Shown piece by piece: positions 24,901 to 33,886 of a stretch of DNA of 64,000 nucleotides. Source of the stretch: Alphaproteobacteria bacterium (GTDB lineage Bacteria > Pseudomonadota > Alphaproteobacteria > UBA828); NCBI GenBank assembly GCA_965220745.1, contig CBDCQT010000007.1, forward strand, positions 224,001 through 288,000. Direction: 5' to 3'. The position numbers and the translations under genes were made by a program. The notes beneath the pieces are model-generated. The model saw nothing but the letters and a program-made list of their open reading frames with translations. It searched no databases and was not told the origin of the DNA. Within the stretch, counting starts at the first letter, position 1. Each line of letters begins with the position of its first letter.

Positions 24901-26025
24901 GCGGTCTCCGGCAAGGCCACGATCGACGGGTACTTCACCCTGCGCGGGCAAACGGAGCGCGAGATGGTCGAGAGTCTCGCCGGCCGTGTCGCCATCACCT
25001 CCGACGAGGGCGCCGTCGAGGGTGTGGACGTGCCCGCGATCAGCCGCCAGATCGCCGCGCTCTCCGAGGCGGATGCGCTCGACGACATCGTGAGCTTCGT
25101 CGACCGGGCGGAGCAGAGCCTTTCAAGCGGGCAAACGACAATCCACTCCCTCGATGGCATCGTGCGGGTTCAGAACGGCCAGGCGCGCATCGATGGCTTC
25201 GAGATCGTCACCGACGGGGGCATCGGCACCATCAACGGCACCGCGGATCTGCCGGCGTGGCAGCTCGACCTCACTGCGCTGTTCCGTCTCGCCGAGCATG
25301 CCGACGCTCCGCCGGTCGGCGTGCGGCTTGAAGGGCCGATCGACCAACCCGAACGCCGCTATCTGATCGAGGAGATGCAGGTTCATCTGGTCAAGCTCGG
25401 CCTGCTCTCGCTCGCGGGCTCGCCTGACACGCCCAAGATCATACTGCGCAAGGGTGCGAAGGCGGAGCCGGGCACCGAGATGGACACGCTGCTCCGCAAT
25501 GTGCTCGGCGATCCCGACGAGGCGGAGGAGGCCGAAACAACCGAGGAGCCGGGGGAAGCGCGCGAGAGAACGGACGAAACAGACAAAGCGTTAGAGGTTC
25601 CCAACCAGGACGACGCGGGAAGTGCTCTACTGTCGCTGGACGACGTACCTTCCAGTTCCGTGGCGGCGGAAGAATCGCGCGACGCCGGTCAGGCAGAAAA
25701 GCCGGCGGACCCGGAACAGGTGGAACAGCAAGACGTGCTGCTGGAAACTGAAGACCTAGAGCAGCCTGCGGTGGCGGTTACGCCCGACGGGGCGGTGCCC
25801 GAACCTCCGTCGGCGCCCGAGCGCTACCGGGCCGAGACCCTGCAGGACTTCGTCGACGACGTGTTGGGGGAGCCCGTCCCTGACCAAGACGCGGACCTCC
25901 AGGACGCCGTCAACGATCCGTTGAAGGAGCCCGGAGCCGAGCGGGATGTGAAGGAGTCCGAGCCTGACCCGGACGAGGGCTTCCAGGACTTCGTCGACGA
26001 CCTGCTGGAATCGCTCGACGAGTAG
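21988..26025 (+). CDS. AsmA-family envelope protein with long acidic C-terminal tail
   Basis: N-terminal TM followed by PSFLDWEGFKPEI...TGRELAIDG...LPTP and NW motifs typical of AsmA. Beta-rich repeats; 1345 aa. Confidence 0.88.
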   Translation: MKFVYGIVVLLALAVAALFLVPSFLDWEGFKPEITERLEAITGRELAIDGPLKVSILPTPKIEATDLRLANVPGAASPDMAQIGSLKLRLALGPLLGGEIAVTGLEMVEPVIELQRLPDGSPNWLFEGVSAPATGEGAAGEPEAELELTRLDSATITNGTIVYYHADGRPSERIEGIDATLSARSLDGPFRGDGTFAVRGRPVAFQLATSTLRDDGTMPISVEAVFGSERGRALFEGIVRGDGETPAFDGNVRIEAADLGALLSALAVDLGALPSVPLAAEFDARGALSLSGEAIAADELQARLGESQATGALSWRDGDVSQLAADIDLNRIDLDRFLPSEDVGDGGQPGDEAALVPLQTISDNLRQVIPADVAATINLKIGTLTWREGVIRQARTRLVLDDGVVTLQPASALLPGGADVRFAGRLTQGGDLPWLQGVVEIAADDLRAILSWLSVDVGDVPADRLRRLNASADLSAIGNRLSTTNLDVRIDTTRIAGNAAIAADERPRVTAALAVNTVNVDAYLPPAGETGAGSEGTASPVPETASEDAWAGLANIDADVTLKMDALIYDGVHVAGLELDAAHDDGNLTLRRAQVADVAGAGVSVSGTAHTVWSAPTVDLAVESTADSLEGVVALLDIDPEIRTRAFGKFALQGSLKGDEESLSLDFTLAAGTAEALLQGTVDDPFGAPAGALALSLRASNAAALARTAGLTPPVTFERLGKLAVDSEIRGNLDSAAVDLSAEAAGARVTVNGSVTEMLTSPGYSVDVDLAHPRGEALVATVIGEAPAGAALGPVRLVGKVSGDRMVANLAGIDAAIGESTLAGDIFLRLDQDPPAFSADLRAGLLDLAWIGGGLAAADGNAGTGIEVTVLYSDRWSDEPIDLALLDRLSGTLTLAAEALVLGPYRIEQADVDIATGEGTLTLRSLGGRLFGGALRADGSLAGAPVPAGQAAVQLNDANIGAILRETAGGRAVSGKATIDGYFTLRGQTEREMVESLAGRVAITSDEGAVEGVDVPAISRQIAALSEADALDDIVSFVDRAEQSLSSGQTTIHSLDGIVRVQNGQARIDGFEIVTDGGIGTINGTADLPAWQLDLTALFRLAEHADAPPVGVRLEGPIDQPERRYLIEEMQVHLVKLGLLSLAGSPDTPKIILRKGAKAEPGTEMDTLLRNVLGDPDEAEEAETTEEPGEARERTDETDKALEVPNQDDAGSALLSLDDVPSSSVAAEESRDAGQAEKPADPEQVEQQDVLLETEDLEQPAVAVTPDGAVPEPPSAPERYRAETLQDFVDDVLGEPVPDQDADLQDAVNDPLKEPGAERDVKESEPDPDEGFQDFVDDLLESLDE

Positions 26026-26080
26026 GGGCCGGCGCCCCGGTCCGGGAACACCGGCCCTCCCCGCCCCACCTCAAGAGGTG
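26026..26080. terminator. Hairpins between convergent asmA-family gene and degP
   Basis: GGGCCGG/CCGGCCC (26026-26057) and CACCTC-AA-GAGGTG (26067-26080). No clear U-tract. Confidence 0.3.
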
Positions 26081-26092
26081 ACGAAGCGAACC

Positions 26093-27616
26093 TCAGGAAG
26101 TGGCAAAAGGAAAAGCGACGAAGCGCTCGCCTCCGTCCCGGCTCATCAGCATGAGGACGGCCTCGCGCCCGTCACCCTGGGCGGCCTCGATGCGCTCGTT
26201 TACTTCCGCGATCGAGCCCACGGGCTCCTTGTCGACGCTGACGATCGTGTCGCCGGGGCGAACGCCCTTGCGATGAGCGGTGCTCCCCGGCGCCACGCCG
26301 GCAACGACCACGGCTCCCGACCCGCCTTCCATGTCAGCACCGTCGCCTGACTGGGAATCGATGTTCTCGAGACGAAGACCAAAGGTATCGAGGCGGCCGG
26401 CCTCATCCGTATCGGACATGTCTGCGCTAGCTTCCTTCGCCGGCGCCGCGTTGGCGATCGCCGCCGTGAGCTCGATAAACTGACCATCGCGCCAGACCGT
26501 GAGCGCGGCGGGGGTTCCGGCGTCGATGGCGGCAATGGTCTGCGAGAGTGACCGCGTGTCGTTGACCGGTACCTGATCCACGGCGGTGATGACATCGCCC
26601 TGCGCAAGGCCAGCCGCCTCGGCCGGGCTTTCCGGCTGGACGCGGGCGACGATGGCGCCCTCCGTGCCCTCGAGCCCGAGGCTCGCCGCGATGTCCTCGG
26701 TTACGGGCTGAATGTGGACGCCGAGCCAGCCCCGCATGACCCGGCCGTGGGCCTTGAGATCGTCGATGACCGTCGTGGCCGTGGTAGCGGGGACCGCGAA
26801 GCCGATTCCCACGTTGCCGCCCGAGGGTGAGACGATGGAGGTGTTCACCCCGATGACCTCGCCGCGCAGGTTGACCGTGGGGCCACCCGAGTTGCCGCTG
26901 TTGATCGGCGCATCGATTTGCAGATGGTCCTCGTAGGGGTTGACACCAGTCCCGCGGGCGCGTGCCGAGACGATGCCGAAGGTCGCGGTCTTGCCCACGC
27001 CGAAGGGGTTGCCGATGGCGACCACCCAGTCGCCGACGCGGGTGCTGTCGTCCGCCGCGAAATTCACTGTGGGCAGCGGCTCACCGCTCTCGACCCTAAG
27101 CAGGGCGAGGTCGGTCCGCTTGTCGCCGCCGACGATTTCGGCATCGAGCCGGATGCCGTCATCGAGGATCACGGTCACGGTCTCGGCGCCCGCGATCACG
27201 TGATTGCTGGTCACGATGTAGCCGTCGGCGTCCACGACGAAGCCCGAGCCGATGCCGCCCCGCGGCCTCATGGGGCCGGGCCCGAAGTCCGGCGTGAAGC
27301 CGAAGCGCTCGGCGAAGTCCTCGCCGAAGAAGCGCTTGAAATGCTCGGGCAGGTCACGGCCGCGCCATTGCTGGGAGGTGAACGCGGGCCGGGCCTTATG
27401 CATGACCTCGATCGACACCACCGCCGGGCTTACCGCCTCCACCACGCCGGCGAGGCTGGGCGCCACCAGCATCTGATCCACCGGCGTCGGCGGCGTGACC
27501 GCCGTGGCCGTCTTGAGCGAGCTGGCCAGGCCGCCGCCGGCCAGCGCAATCATGCCGAGGCCCGCCAGAGCCGCGACGATGACCGTCCGTTTGCGTTGCG
27601 GTGAAAGCGTGCTCAT
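26093..27616 (-). CDS. degP: DegP/DegQ (HtrA) periplasmic serine endoprotease with two PDZ domains
   Basis: Catalytic triad motifs TSNHV, DLALL, GNSGGP, then RGWLGV and two PDZ-like regions. Signal sequence; ATG 27616 after GAGG. Confidence 0.92.
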   Translation of the reverse strand: MSTLSPQRKRTVIVAALAGLGMIALAGGGLASSLKTATAVTPPTPVDQMLVAPSLAGVVEAVSPAVVSIEVMHKARPAFTSQQWRGRDLPEHFKRFFGEDFAERFGFTPDFGPGPMRPRGGIGSGFVVDADGYIVTSNHVIAGAETVTVILDDGIRLDAEIVGGDKRTDLALLRVESGEPLPTVNFAADDSTRVGDWVVAIGNPFGVGKTATFGIVSARARGTGVNPYEDHLQIDAPINSGNSGGPTVNLRGEVIGVNTSIVSPSGGNVGIGFAVPATTATTVIDDLKAHGRVMRGWLGVHIQPVTEDIAASLGLEGTEGAIVARVQPESPAEAAGLAQGDVITAVDQVPVNDTRSLSQTIAAIDAGTPAALTVWRDGQFIELTAAIANAAPAKEASADMSDTDEAGRLDTFGLRLENIDSQSGDGADMEGGSGAVVVAGVAPGSTAHRKGVRPGDTIVSVDKEPVGSIAEVNERIEAAQGDGREAVLMLMSRDGGERFVAFPFATS

Positions 27617-27737
27617 CGTTTCCTCACTTGCCGTTGCCATTTGTCCGCAGCGGCCGATGGCAGGCCGCCGGTTATCTATGGCAGGGCAAGCTGTCGCCAC
27701 GATGGACGCTGCATTAACTCTTCTCCATGATGGTGCG

Positions 27738-28112
27738 ATGAGCGAACCGCTTGCCCCTTGCCGGCGCTGGCGGAACTGCGTCTGCAGCAGACGCGACGCG
27801 TCGCGCATTCATCGCGTCGAGCCCTTCGTCCTCTTGGGTGATCCGGTGGCGGTGATCGGCCGGCTGCGGTCGCTTCTGGAGGAGCTCCCGCGCATGGAAA
27901 TCGTCACCGAGACGGCGGACTACCTCCACGCGCTCTGCCGCAGCCGTGGTGGCTTCATCGACGATATCGAGTTTCGCCTCTCCCCCGACGAGGGGGTCAT
28001 CCACGTCCGCTCAGCCTCACGGTCGGGCCTGCACGACCTGGGCGTGAACAGGAGGCGGGTCGAGAGGCTGCGTCGGCGCTACATGAACGAGTGGGCGGAG
28101 CCCGTTCGGTGA
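27738..28112 (+). CDS. DUF1499 family protein (paralogue 1)
   Basis: LAPC...NCVCS, YLHA, GFIDDIEF, IHVRSASR, DLGVNRRRVE. Confidence 0.88.
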   Translation: MSEPLAPCRRWRNCVCSRRDASRIHRVEPFVLLGDPVAVIGRLRSLLEELPRMEIVTETADYLHALCRSRGGFIDDIEFRLSPDEGVIHVRSASRSGLHDLGVNRRRVERLRRRYMNEWAEPVR

Positions 28113-28474
28113 TGGCAGACCGACTCGCACCCTGCCCGTTCCGACCCATCTGCGTCTGCAGCCGAGCGGACGCGGCTCCGCGACACCGAGTCGAGCCCTT
28201 CGCCATCTCGGGCGACCCTGTGGCGGCCTTTGCCCGGCTGAAGAAACTGGTGGAAGAGATGGAACGGACCGAGATTCTTTCCGCGACCGATGACTACCTG
28301 CACGCCGCCTGCCGCACGCAGCTCGGATTCGTCGATGATCTCGAGTGCCAGCTCGCTCCGGCGGAAGGGGTGATCCACGTCCGTTCCGCTTCGCGCGCCT
28401 TCTATGCCGTAACCGACTCGGGCGTGAACAGGCGGCGCGTCGAGGCGCTGCGCCAGCGGTTGCAGAGCGCTTAA
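28112..28474 (+). CDS. DUF1499 family protein (paralogue 2)
   Basis: LAPC...ICVCS, YLHA, GFVDDLE, IHVRSASR, DSGVNRRRVE. TGATG coupling to paralogue 1. Confidence 0.88.
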   Translation: MADRLAPCPFRPICVCSRADAAPRHRVEPFAISGDPVAAFARLKKLVEEMERTEILSATDDYLHAACRTQLGFVDDLECQLAPAEGVIHVRSASRAFYAVTDSGVNRRRVEALRQRLQSA

Positions 28475-28499
28475 CGGGACGGCGGTACGGGCGGCCGGT

Positions 28500-29885
28500 T
28501 CATGCGTCCGGCGGCGGAAGGGTCACGGTTACGCGGAGGCCCCCCAACGGGCTCTCGTCCAGCGCCAATTCCGCCCGGTGCAGGGTGGCGACGCCTGCGA
28601 CGAGGCTGAGCCCCAAGCCGCTGCCACCCCCGGTGCGGCTCGTATCGAGGCGAACGAAGCGTTGCAGCACGCGCTCCCGCTCCTCGGGCGGAATCCCCGG
28701 CCCCGAATCCTCCACCGTGAGCCGCACTGCACCCGCACTTTCGCGCGCGAGGCTCACCCCGATCCGGCCTTCGGGCGTGTAGGCCAGCGCGTTGTCCAGC
28801 AGATTGGCGACGAGTTGGGAGAGGAACTGACCGTGGCCGGAGACCTCTCCCGTCTCCTCCAGTGTGGCGTCGATGATGAGCCCCCTCTCCTCGGCGAGGG
28901 GGGCGTAGAGCCCGACCATGTCGGCGACGACGGCGCGGAGATCCACCGGTTCAAGCGCGATCCCGGCCTTGCCCGATTCAGCACGGGCGATCTCCATCAG
29001 CGTGGCGAAGGTGCGCAGGATGCCGTCGGTCTCGGCGATCGCGCGTTCGAGAGCGGCGCGGTGGCCCTGCTCGTCCGCCGGCCCCTCTCGGAGCGTGAGC
29101 TCCAGCCTGGACTTGAGCCGGGTGAGCGGGCTGCGCAGGTCGTGCGCCACGCTGTCGGTCACCGTGCGCAAGCCGGTCATCAGCGTCTCGATCTCGTCCA
29201 GCATTTCGTTGACCGTGATCGAGAGGCGGTCGAACTCGTCGCCCACGCCCGTGACCGGCATGCGCCGCGAGAGATCGCCGCGTACGATGCGCTGGCCGGT
29301 CTCGCGCACGGCATCGACCCGGCGCAGCATCCGCCGACTCATGACGAGGCCGCCGAGCAGCCCCAGGACCAGCGTGATCCCGAGTGCACCGCCGAGGGAT
29401 TCTAGGATCAGGTCCTCAAAATCCGCCCGCCCGCGCGGATCGCGGCCGACCAGCAGCCGAAAGCCGCCCGGCAGGACGAAGGTGCGGGCACGGATGCTGC
29501 CGTGCGCCTCCTCACCGCTCGCGCGCGTCGCCGCAATTTCTACCCAGCCGGCTTCGGCGCCGGCTGCCTCACGTGGCCAGGCGCTGAGATTGCCGGCGAG
29601 CTTGCGCAATCCGGGATCGGCGAGGAGGTAGACGCTGTCCGGATCGCCATAGGGGCCGCTTCGCTCCCCGATGACGGCGACCAGCTGGCGAATGCCCCGC
29701 GCTCGGTACTGCTCAGCGAGGCCGCGCACTTCGGCCTCGATGGTGTCGCTGGTCTGGCTGTCGATGACGCGAACAGTGGTCCAGTAGATGAACGCGAGCA
29801 GAAGCAGAACCGAGGCGCCGAAGAGGACGACGTAGAGGAGCGAGAGCCGGAACGTGGAGGTCCGGAGCAGCCTAGCGATCGTCAC
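28500..29885 (-). CDS. HAMP-domain sensor histidine kinase
   Basis: Two TM helices, HAMP domain, H-box AHDLRSPL, NLLDNA, DSGPGI, GSGLGL. Confidence 0.95.
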   Translation of the reverse strand: MTIARLLRTSTFRLSLLYVVLFGASVLLLLAFIYWTTVRVIDSQTSDTIEAEVRGLAEQYRARGIRQLVAVIGERSGPYGDPDSVYLLADPGLRKLAGNLSAWPREAAGAEAGWVEIAATRASGEEAHGSIRARTFVLPGGFRLLVGRDPRGRADFEDLILESLGGALGITLVLGLLGGLVMSRRMLRRVDAVRETGQRIVRGDLSRRMPVTGVGDEFDRLSITVNEMLDEIETLMTGLRTVTDSVAHDLRSPLTRLKSRLELTLREGPADEQGHRAALERAIAETDGILRTFATLMEIARAESGKAGIALEPVDLRAVVADMVGLYAPLAEERGLIIDATLEETGEVSGHGQFLSQLVANLLDNALAYTPEGRIGVSLARESAGAVRLTVEDSGPGIPPEERERVLQRFVRLDTSRTGGGSGLGLSLVAGVATLHRAELALDESPLGGLRVTVTLPPPDA

Positions 29886-30549
29886 GAAAGCAATACCCGA
29901 CGCCGCGCACGGTGTGGATCAGTGGGTGGTCGAATCCCTTGTCGATCTTGCCGCGCAGCCGGCTCACATGGACGTCGATCACGTTGGTCTGGGGGTCGAA
30001 TTGGTAGCCCCAGACATGCTCCAGCAGCATCGTGCGCGTCACCACCTGGCCCGTGTGGCGCATAAAGTAGGCCAACAGGTTGAACTCACGCGGCTGCAGG
30101 GCGATCTCGCGGCCGGCACGCCGCACCGTGCGGGCGAGCAGATCCAGCTCCATGTCCGCGAGGCTGAGACGCGTCTCGCCGGCGGCATCGCCTGCGCGCC
30201 GGAGCAGCGCTTCAAGCCGCGCCAGGAGCTCGGAGAAGGCGAAGGGTTTGGTCAGATAGTCGTCGCCGCCGGACCGGAGCCCCTCCACCCGGTCGTCCAC
30301 CTGGGCAAGCGCGCTCAGGATCAGCACCGGCGTGCACCGTCCCTTGCGTCGCAGTGTCTCGACCAGCGAAAGCCCGTCCAGCCCCGGCAGCATGCGGTCA
30401 ACCACGAGTGCGTCGAAGCGGTGGTCAAGCGCGAGCGCGAGCCCGTCCGCCCCGTCGTGGACGAGCTCGACCACGTGGCCGCTCTCGGTCAGGCCCTTCT
30501 GCAGGTAGCGAGCGGTCTCGATATCGTCTTCGACGACCAGCACGTGCAT
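29872..30549 (-). CDS. OmpR-family response regulator
   Basis: VVEDD, DRMLP phosphoacceptor, DYLTKPF, winged-helix end HTVRGVGY. Overlaps the kinase start. Confidence 0.96.
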   Translation of the reverse strand: MHVLVVEDDIETARYLQKGLTESGHVVELVHDGADGLALALDHRFDALVVDRMLPGLDGLSLVETLRRKGRCTPVLILSALAQVDDRVEGLRSGGDDYLTKPFAFSELLARLEALLRRAGDAAGETRLSLADMELDLLARTVRRAGREIALQPREFNLLAYFMRHTGQVVTRTMLLEHVWGYQFDPQTNVIDVHVSRLRGKIDKGFDHPLIHTVRGVGYCFRDDR

Positions 30550-30609
30550 GGCTGCAACCTTGGCAGGCCGGACGCAGCGATCAAGGGCCTCAAGAGATTG
30601 TGTGCAGGC

Positions 30610-31452
30610 TCACTTGCGGCGGGGGGCGGGCGCGGCACCGTAGAGCGTAAGCCGCACCGCGCGCCACGCCGCCTCCAGCCCGCGACGTAGCGTGGCGCCG
30701 TCCCGCGCCAGCAGGCGCACGCCGATGCCGGCCTCGTTGGGGAGTGCCGAGGCGCCGCCGTAAAACGCATCCGTCGGGGCTAGGGCCGAGCGGAGCGCTG
30801 CCAGAATGGCTTCGCATTCAGGTCCGCGGTGGGCGACCACGAAGCTGCCTTGCGCAGGCCAGCGCGTAATCTGGCCGCGCCCCGCCGCCAGACGGTCGCC
30901 GGCCACGGCGTAGCGCTCCAGCGCGAGCAGCCGGCCGCCCTCGTCGCGGATCCGCATCTCCGCTCCAAAACTCTCGAAGCGGCGGTCCTCACCGCCCGGG
31001 TCGTGGTGGGCGAAGCTCTCGGACGCGATGACCGTGGCCCCTGCCGCAGCCTCGATCTCCAGCACTGAGGTCAGCCGTGCGCCGGGGAACATGATCAGCG
31101 GGTCCGGCAGGTATTCAAGTAGGGCGCCGCCTGCGGCCTCCAAAGCGACCGTCTGCTGCGCCGGCGCCGCCGGCATGCGGTGCACGATGGTCGCCGCCTG
31201 GGTGGTCACGTGGGCGGCGCTGCCGACACCTGCGGCGCAGGTCAAGACCAGGTCCTCGCCCTGGTAGATGCCGCCGGAGACCGACTGGAGATAGAGCGTC
31301 AGCGCCCCCGCCGGCACCTCGTCGAGATAGAACGGCCGGGTGATGTGAAAGGGATAACCGACGCGCTGGCGTGCGATATAGCTCCGCCCGTCGGGCGCGC
31401 GGGCGAAGCGGAGCGCCGCTTGCGGCCCCTCGTTGGGCCGGGCGGCCGGCAT
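30610..31452 (-). CDS. ureD: Urease accessory protein UreD/UreH
   Basis: SGGIYQGEDL, VTTQAAT, LEYLPDPLIMF, VRLLA. Directly downstream of the ureC homologue. Confidence 0.88.
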   Translation of the reverse strand: MPAARPNEGPQAALRFARAPDGRSYIARQRVGYPFHITRPFYLDEVPAGALTLYLQSVSGGIYQGEDLVLTCAAGVGSAAHVTTQAATIVHRMPAAPAQQTVALEAAGGALLEYLPDPLIMFPGARLTSVLEIEAAAGATVIASESFAHHDPGGEDRRFESFGAEMRIRDEGGRLLALERYAVAGDRLAAGRGQITRWPAQGSFVVAHRGPECEAILAALRSALAPTDAFYGGASALPNEAGIGVRLLARDGATLRRGLEAAWRAVRLTLYGAAPAPRRK

Positions 31453-31476
31453 GGTGGCGGCAACCAAGAGACGGGC

Positions 31477-33186
31477 TCAGCGCAGCAGGTAGTTCTGGCC
31501 GAGGGTGATCGTGTCGATCGGCTCGCATGCCGCCAACGTGCCGTCGACGAAGACCTCGAAGGTCTGGGAGTCGACGCGGATGTCGGGGCAGGCGTCGTTG
31601 TGCAGCATGTCCTTCTTGGTGAGCTTGGTGAAGCTCCCGATCGGCAGAATCGGCTTGGCGAGCCCGAGCCGGCCCTGCACGTCGATGTCGAGCGCGCGCC
31701 GATGGGCGAAGTTGGCGCTCAGCGTCGCCGGCGCCCGCCCGTGATGGCCGAACTGCGGCCGCATGATCACCGGCTCGGTCTGGAAATAGCTGCCGGAGGG
31801 ATCGCCGCTCGCGCCCCACGCGACGAAGCCGCCCTTGATCACGCCGAAGGGCTTCATGCCGAAGAAGGCGGGCTTCCAGGTGACGAGGTCGGCCATCTTG
31901 CCCGGCTCCAGCGAGCCCACGTACTGATCGATGCCGAAGGCGATCGCCGGGTTGATGGTGTACTTCGCGATGTAGCGCTTGATGCGCTCGTTGTCCGCGT
32001 CGGCGGTGGTCTCTTCCGGTAGCCGCCCACGCTGGTCGCGCATCTTGCTGGCGAGCTGCCAGCAGCGCGTGATCACCTCGTTGATCCGCCCCATGCCCTG
32101 GCTGTCGGAGCCGAACATCGAGACCGAGCCGATATCGTGCAGCACGTCCTCGGCGGCGATGGTGCCGTGGCGCACCCGGCTCTCGGCGAAGGCCACGTCC
32201 TCCGGCAGGTCGAAGCGCAGCAGGTGGCAAGCCATGGTCATGTCGAGCTGCTCGTCGAAGACGTTGACCGTGTAGGGGTTGGTCGGATTGGTCGAGGACG
32301 GCAGGCAGTGCGGCTCGCCGTTGCAGCGGATGATGTCGGGTGCATGGCCGCCGCCGGAGCCTTCCGTGTGATACATGTGGATGGTGCGGCCTGCGATCGC
32401 CGCCATCGTGTCCTCGTAGAAGCCCGATTCGTTCAGCGTGTCGGTGTGGATCTGGACAGGGAAGTCATGCTCGGCCGAGGCGCGCAGGCAGGCGTCGATG
32501 GTGGCCGGCATGGCGCCGTAGTCCTCGTGGATCTTGACGCCGATGATGGCGCCGTCGAGGTGCTCTGCGACGGTCGCGGGATCGTGGGACGAGCCGCGGC
32601 CGAAGAAGCCGAAATTGATCGGCCACGCCTCCGACGCCTCATGCATGCGGTAGGTGTTCCAGGGACCACCGCAGTCGATGGCGAAGAGCGGCCCCATGGT
32701 GCCGCCGATCATGGTGGTGAGGCCGCTGGCCAGCGCGTGGTTGCACTGCTCCGCCGACATCCAGTGGACGTGCACGTCGATGCCGCCTGGCGTCACGATG
32801 AGGCCGCCGGCCGGGTAGTAGGTGGTGTTGGGGCCGCAGACGAGATTGGGGTCCACGCCGTCTTGCGTGTTGGGATTGCCAGCCTTGCCGACGCCCGCGA
32901 TCTTGCCGTCCTTGATGCCAATGTCGGCCTTCACCAGGCCGAGCACGGGATCGATGACGGTGGCGTTCTCCACCAGCATGTCGATGGCGCCGTCGGCGGC
33001 TGAGGTGTGGGCGTCGTAGGACATGCCGTCCCGCATCACCCGGCCAGCGCCGGTCCAGCATTCGTCGCCATAAGAGGTGTGGTCGTGCTCGATCTCGCCG
33101 ATCAGCGAGGTATCGCCGAGCCTGATCTTGTCGCCCTTGGTCGGCCCGTAGTAGCGGGCATAGGTCTCGCGCGCGATCTTCACCAT
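31477..33186 (-). CDS. ureC: Divergent urease alpha subunit (Ni-dependent amidohydrolase)
   Basis: [49 protein letters not shown] flap, [15 protein letters not shown]. Several normally invariant urease motifs are altered. Confidence 0.9.
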   Translation of the reverse strand: MVKIARETYARYYGPTKGDKIRLGDTSLIGEIEHDHTSYGDECWTGAGRVMRDGMSYDAHTSAADGAIDMLVENATVIDPVLGLVKADIGIKDGKIAGVGKAGNPNTQDGVDPNLVCGPNTTYYPAGGLIVTPGGIDVHVHWMSAEQCNHALASGLTTMIGGTMGPLFAIDCGGPWNTYRMHEASEAWPINFGFFGRGSSHDPATVAEHLDGAIIGVKIHEDYGAMPATIDACLRASAEHDFPVQIHTDTLNESGFYEDTMAAIAGRTIHMYHTEGSGGGHAPDIIRCNGEPHCLPSSTNPTNPYTVNVFDEQLDMTMACHLLRFDLPEDVAFAESRVRHGTIAAEDVLHDIGSVSMFGSDSQGMGRINEVITRCWQLASKMRDQRGRLPEETTADADNERIKRYIAKYTINPAIAFGIDQYVGSLEPGKMADLVTWKPAFFGMKPFGVIKGGFVAWGASGDPSGSYFQTEPVIMRPQFGHHGRAPATLSANFAHRRALDIDVQGRLGLAKPILPIGSFTKLTKKDMLHNDACPDIRVDSQTFEVFVDGTLAACEPIDTITLGQNYLLR

Positions 33187-33190
33187 CTGC

Positions 33191-33886
33191 CTACGCTCCC
33201 CGGAATCCGCCCGCCTTGGCGCGGGCGATCGCCTGCTCCTTGACCGCAGGCGCGTCGATCATGCCCTCGGTGAGGGAATTGAAGCCGCTGACCCGGCCGC
33301 GGCCGCCGAACTCCACCAGCGCCACCTCCTTCTGTTGGCCCGGCTCGAAGCGGACGGCGGTGCCGGACGGGATGTCGAGACGCATGCCGAAAGTCGCCTG
33401 CCGGTCGAATTCGAGCGCCCGGTTGACTTCGAAGAAGTGGAAGTGGCTGCCGATCTGCACCGGGCGATCGCCGGTGTTGGTGACGGTGACCGAGCCGGTT
33501 CTCCGGCCTGCGTTCAGCTCGATTTCCTCGTCCGGCGTGATGATCTCGCCGGCACGAGGGGCGGGCGCGGTCTCGGCCTTACCTGGGCGGATCGGCTGAT
33601 GCACCGTGATGAGCTTGGTGCCGTCAGGGAACATCGCCTCGACGTGGATCACCGGAACCAGCTCGGGCACGCCGGGCAAGACGTCGTCCGACGTGAGGAT
33701 CTCCGCGCCGTAGCCCATGAGATCCTTGAGCGAGCGGCCCTCGCGGGCGCACATCAGGAGCTCGTCGCAGATATAGGCGAGGGCCTCAGGGTGACTCAGC
33801 TTGATGCCGCGGCGCCTGTGCTCGCGCGCGAGCTGGGCGGCCGTGAAGATGGTGAGCCGCTCCTTCTCCGTCGGATTGAGGTTCAT
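33191..33886 (-). CDS. ureAB: Fused urease gamma/beta subunit
   Basis: Gamma part ([11 protein letters not shown]...[11 protein letters not shown]) is in frame with beta part ([19 protein letters not shown]...GTAVRFEPG). RBS AGGGAG before ATG 33886. Confidence 0.92.
   Translation of the reverse strand: MNLNPTEKERLTIFTAAQLAREHRRRGIKLSHPEALAYICDELLMCAREGRSLKDLMGYGAEILTSDDVLPGVPELVPVIHVEAMFPDGTKLITVHQPIRPGKAETAPAPRAGEIITPDEEIELNAGRRTGSVTVTNTGDRPVQIGSHFHFFEVNRALEFDRQATFGMRLDIPSGTAVRFEPGQQKEVALVEFGGRGRVSGFNSLTEGMIDAPAVKEQAIARAKAGGFRGA

Noticed and set aside
31477-33186. ureC as a decaying pseudogene
   Set aside because: The ORF is full length with all metal ligands retained and intact partner genes. 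The substitutions cluster at the pocket rather than being scattered.
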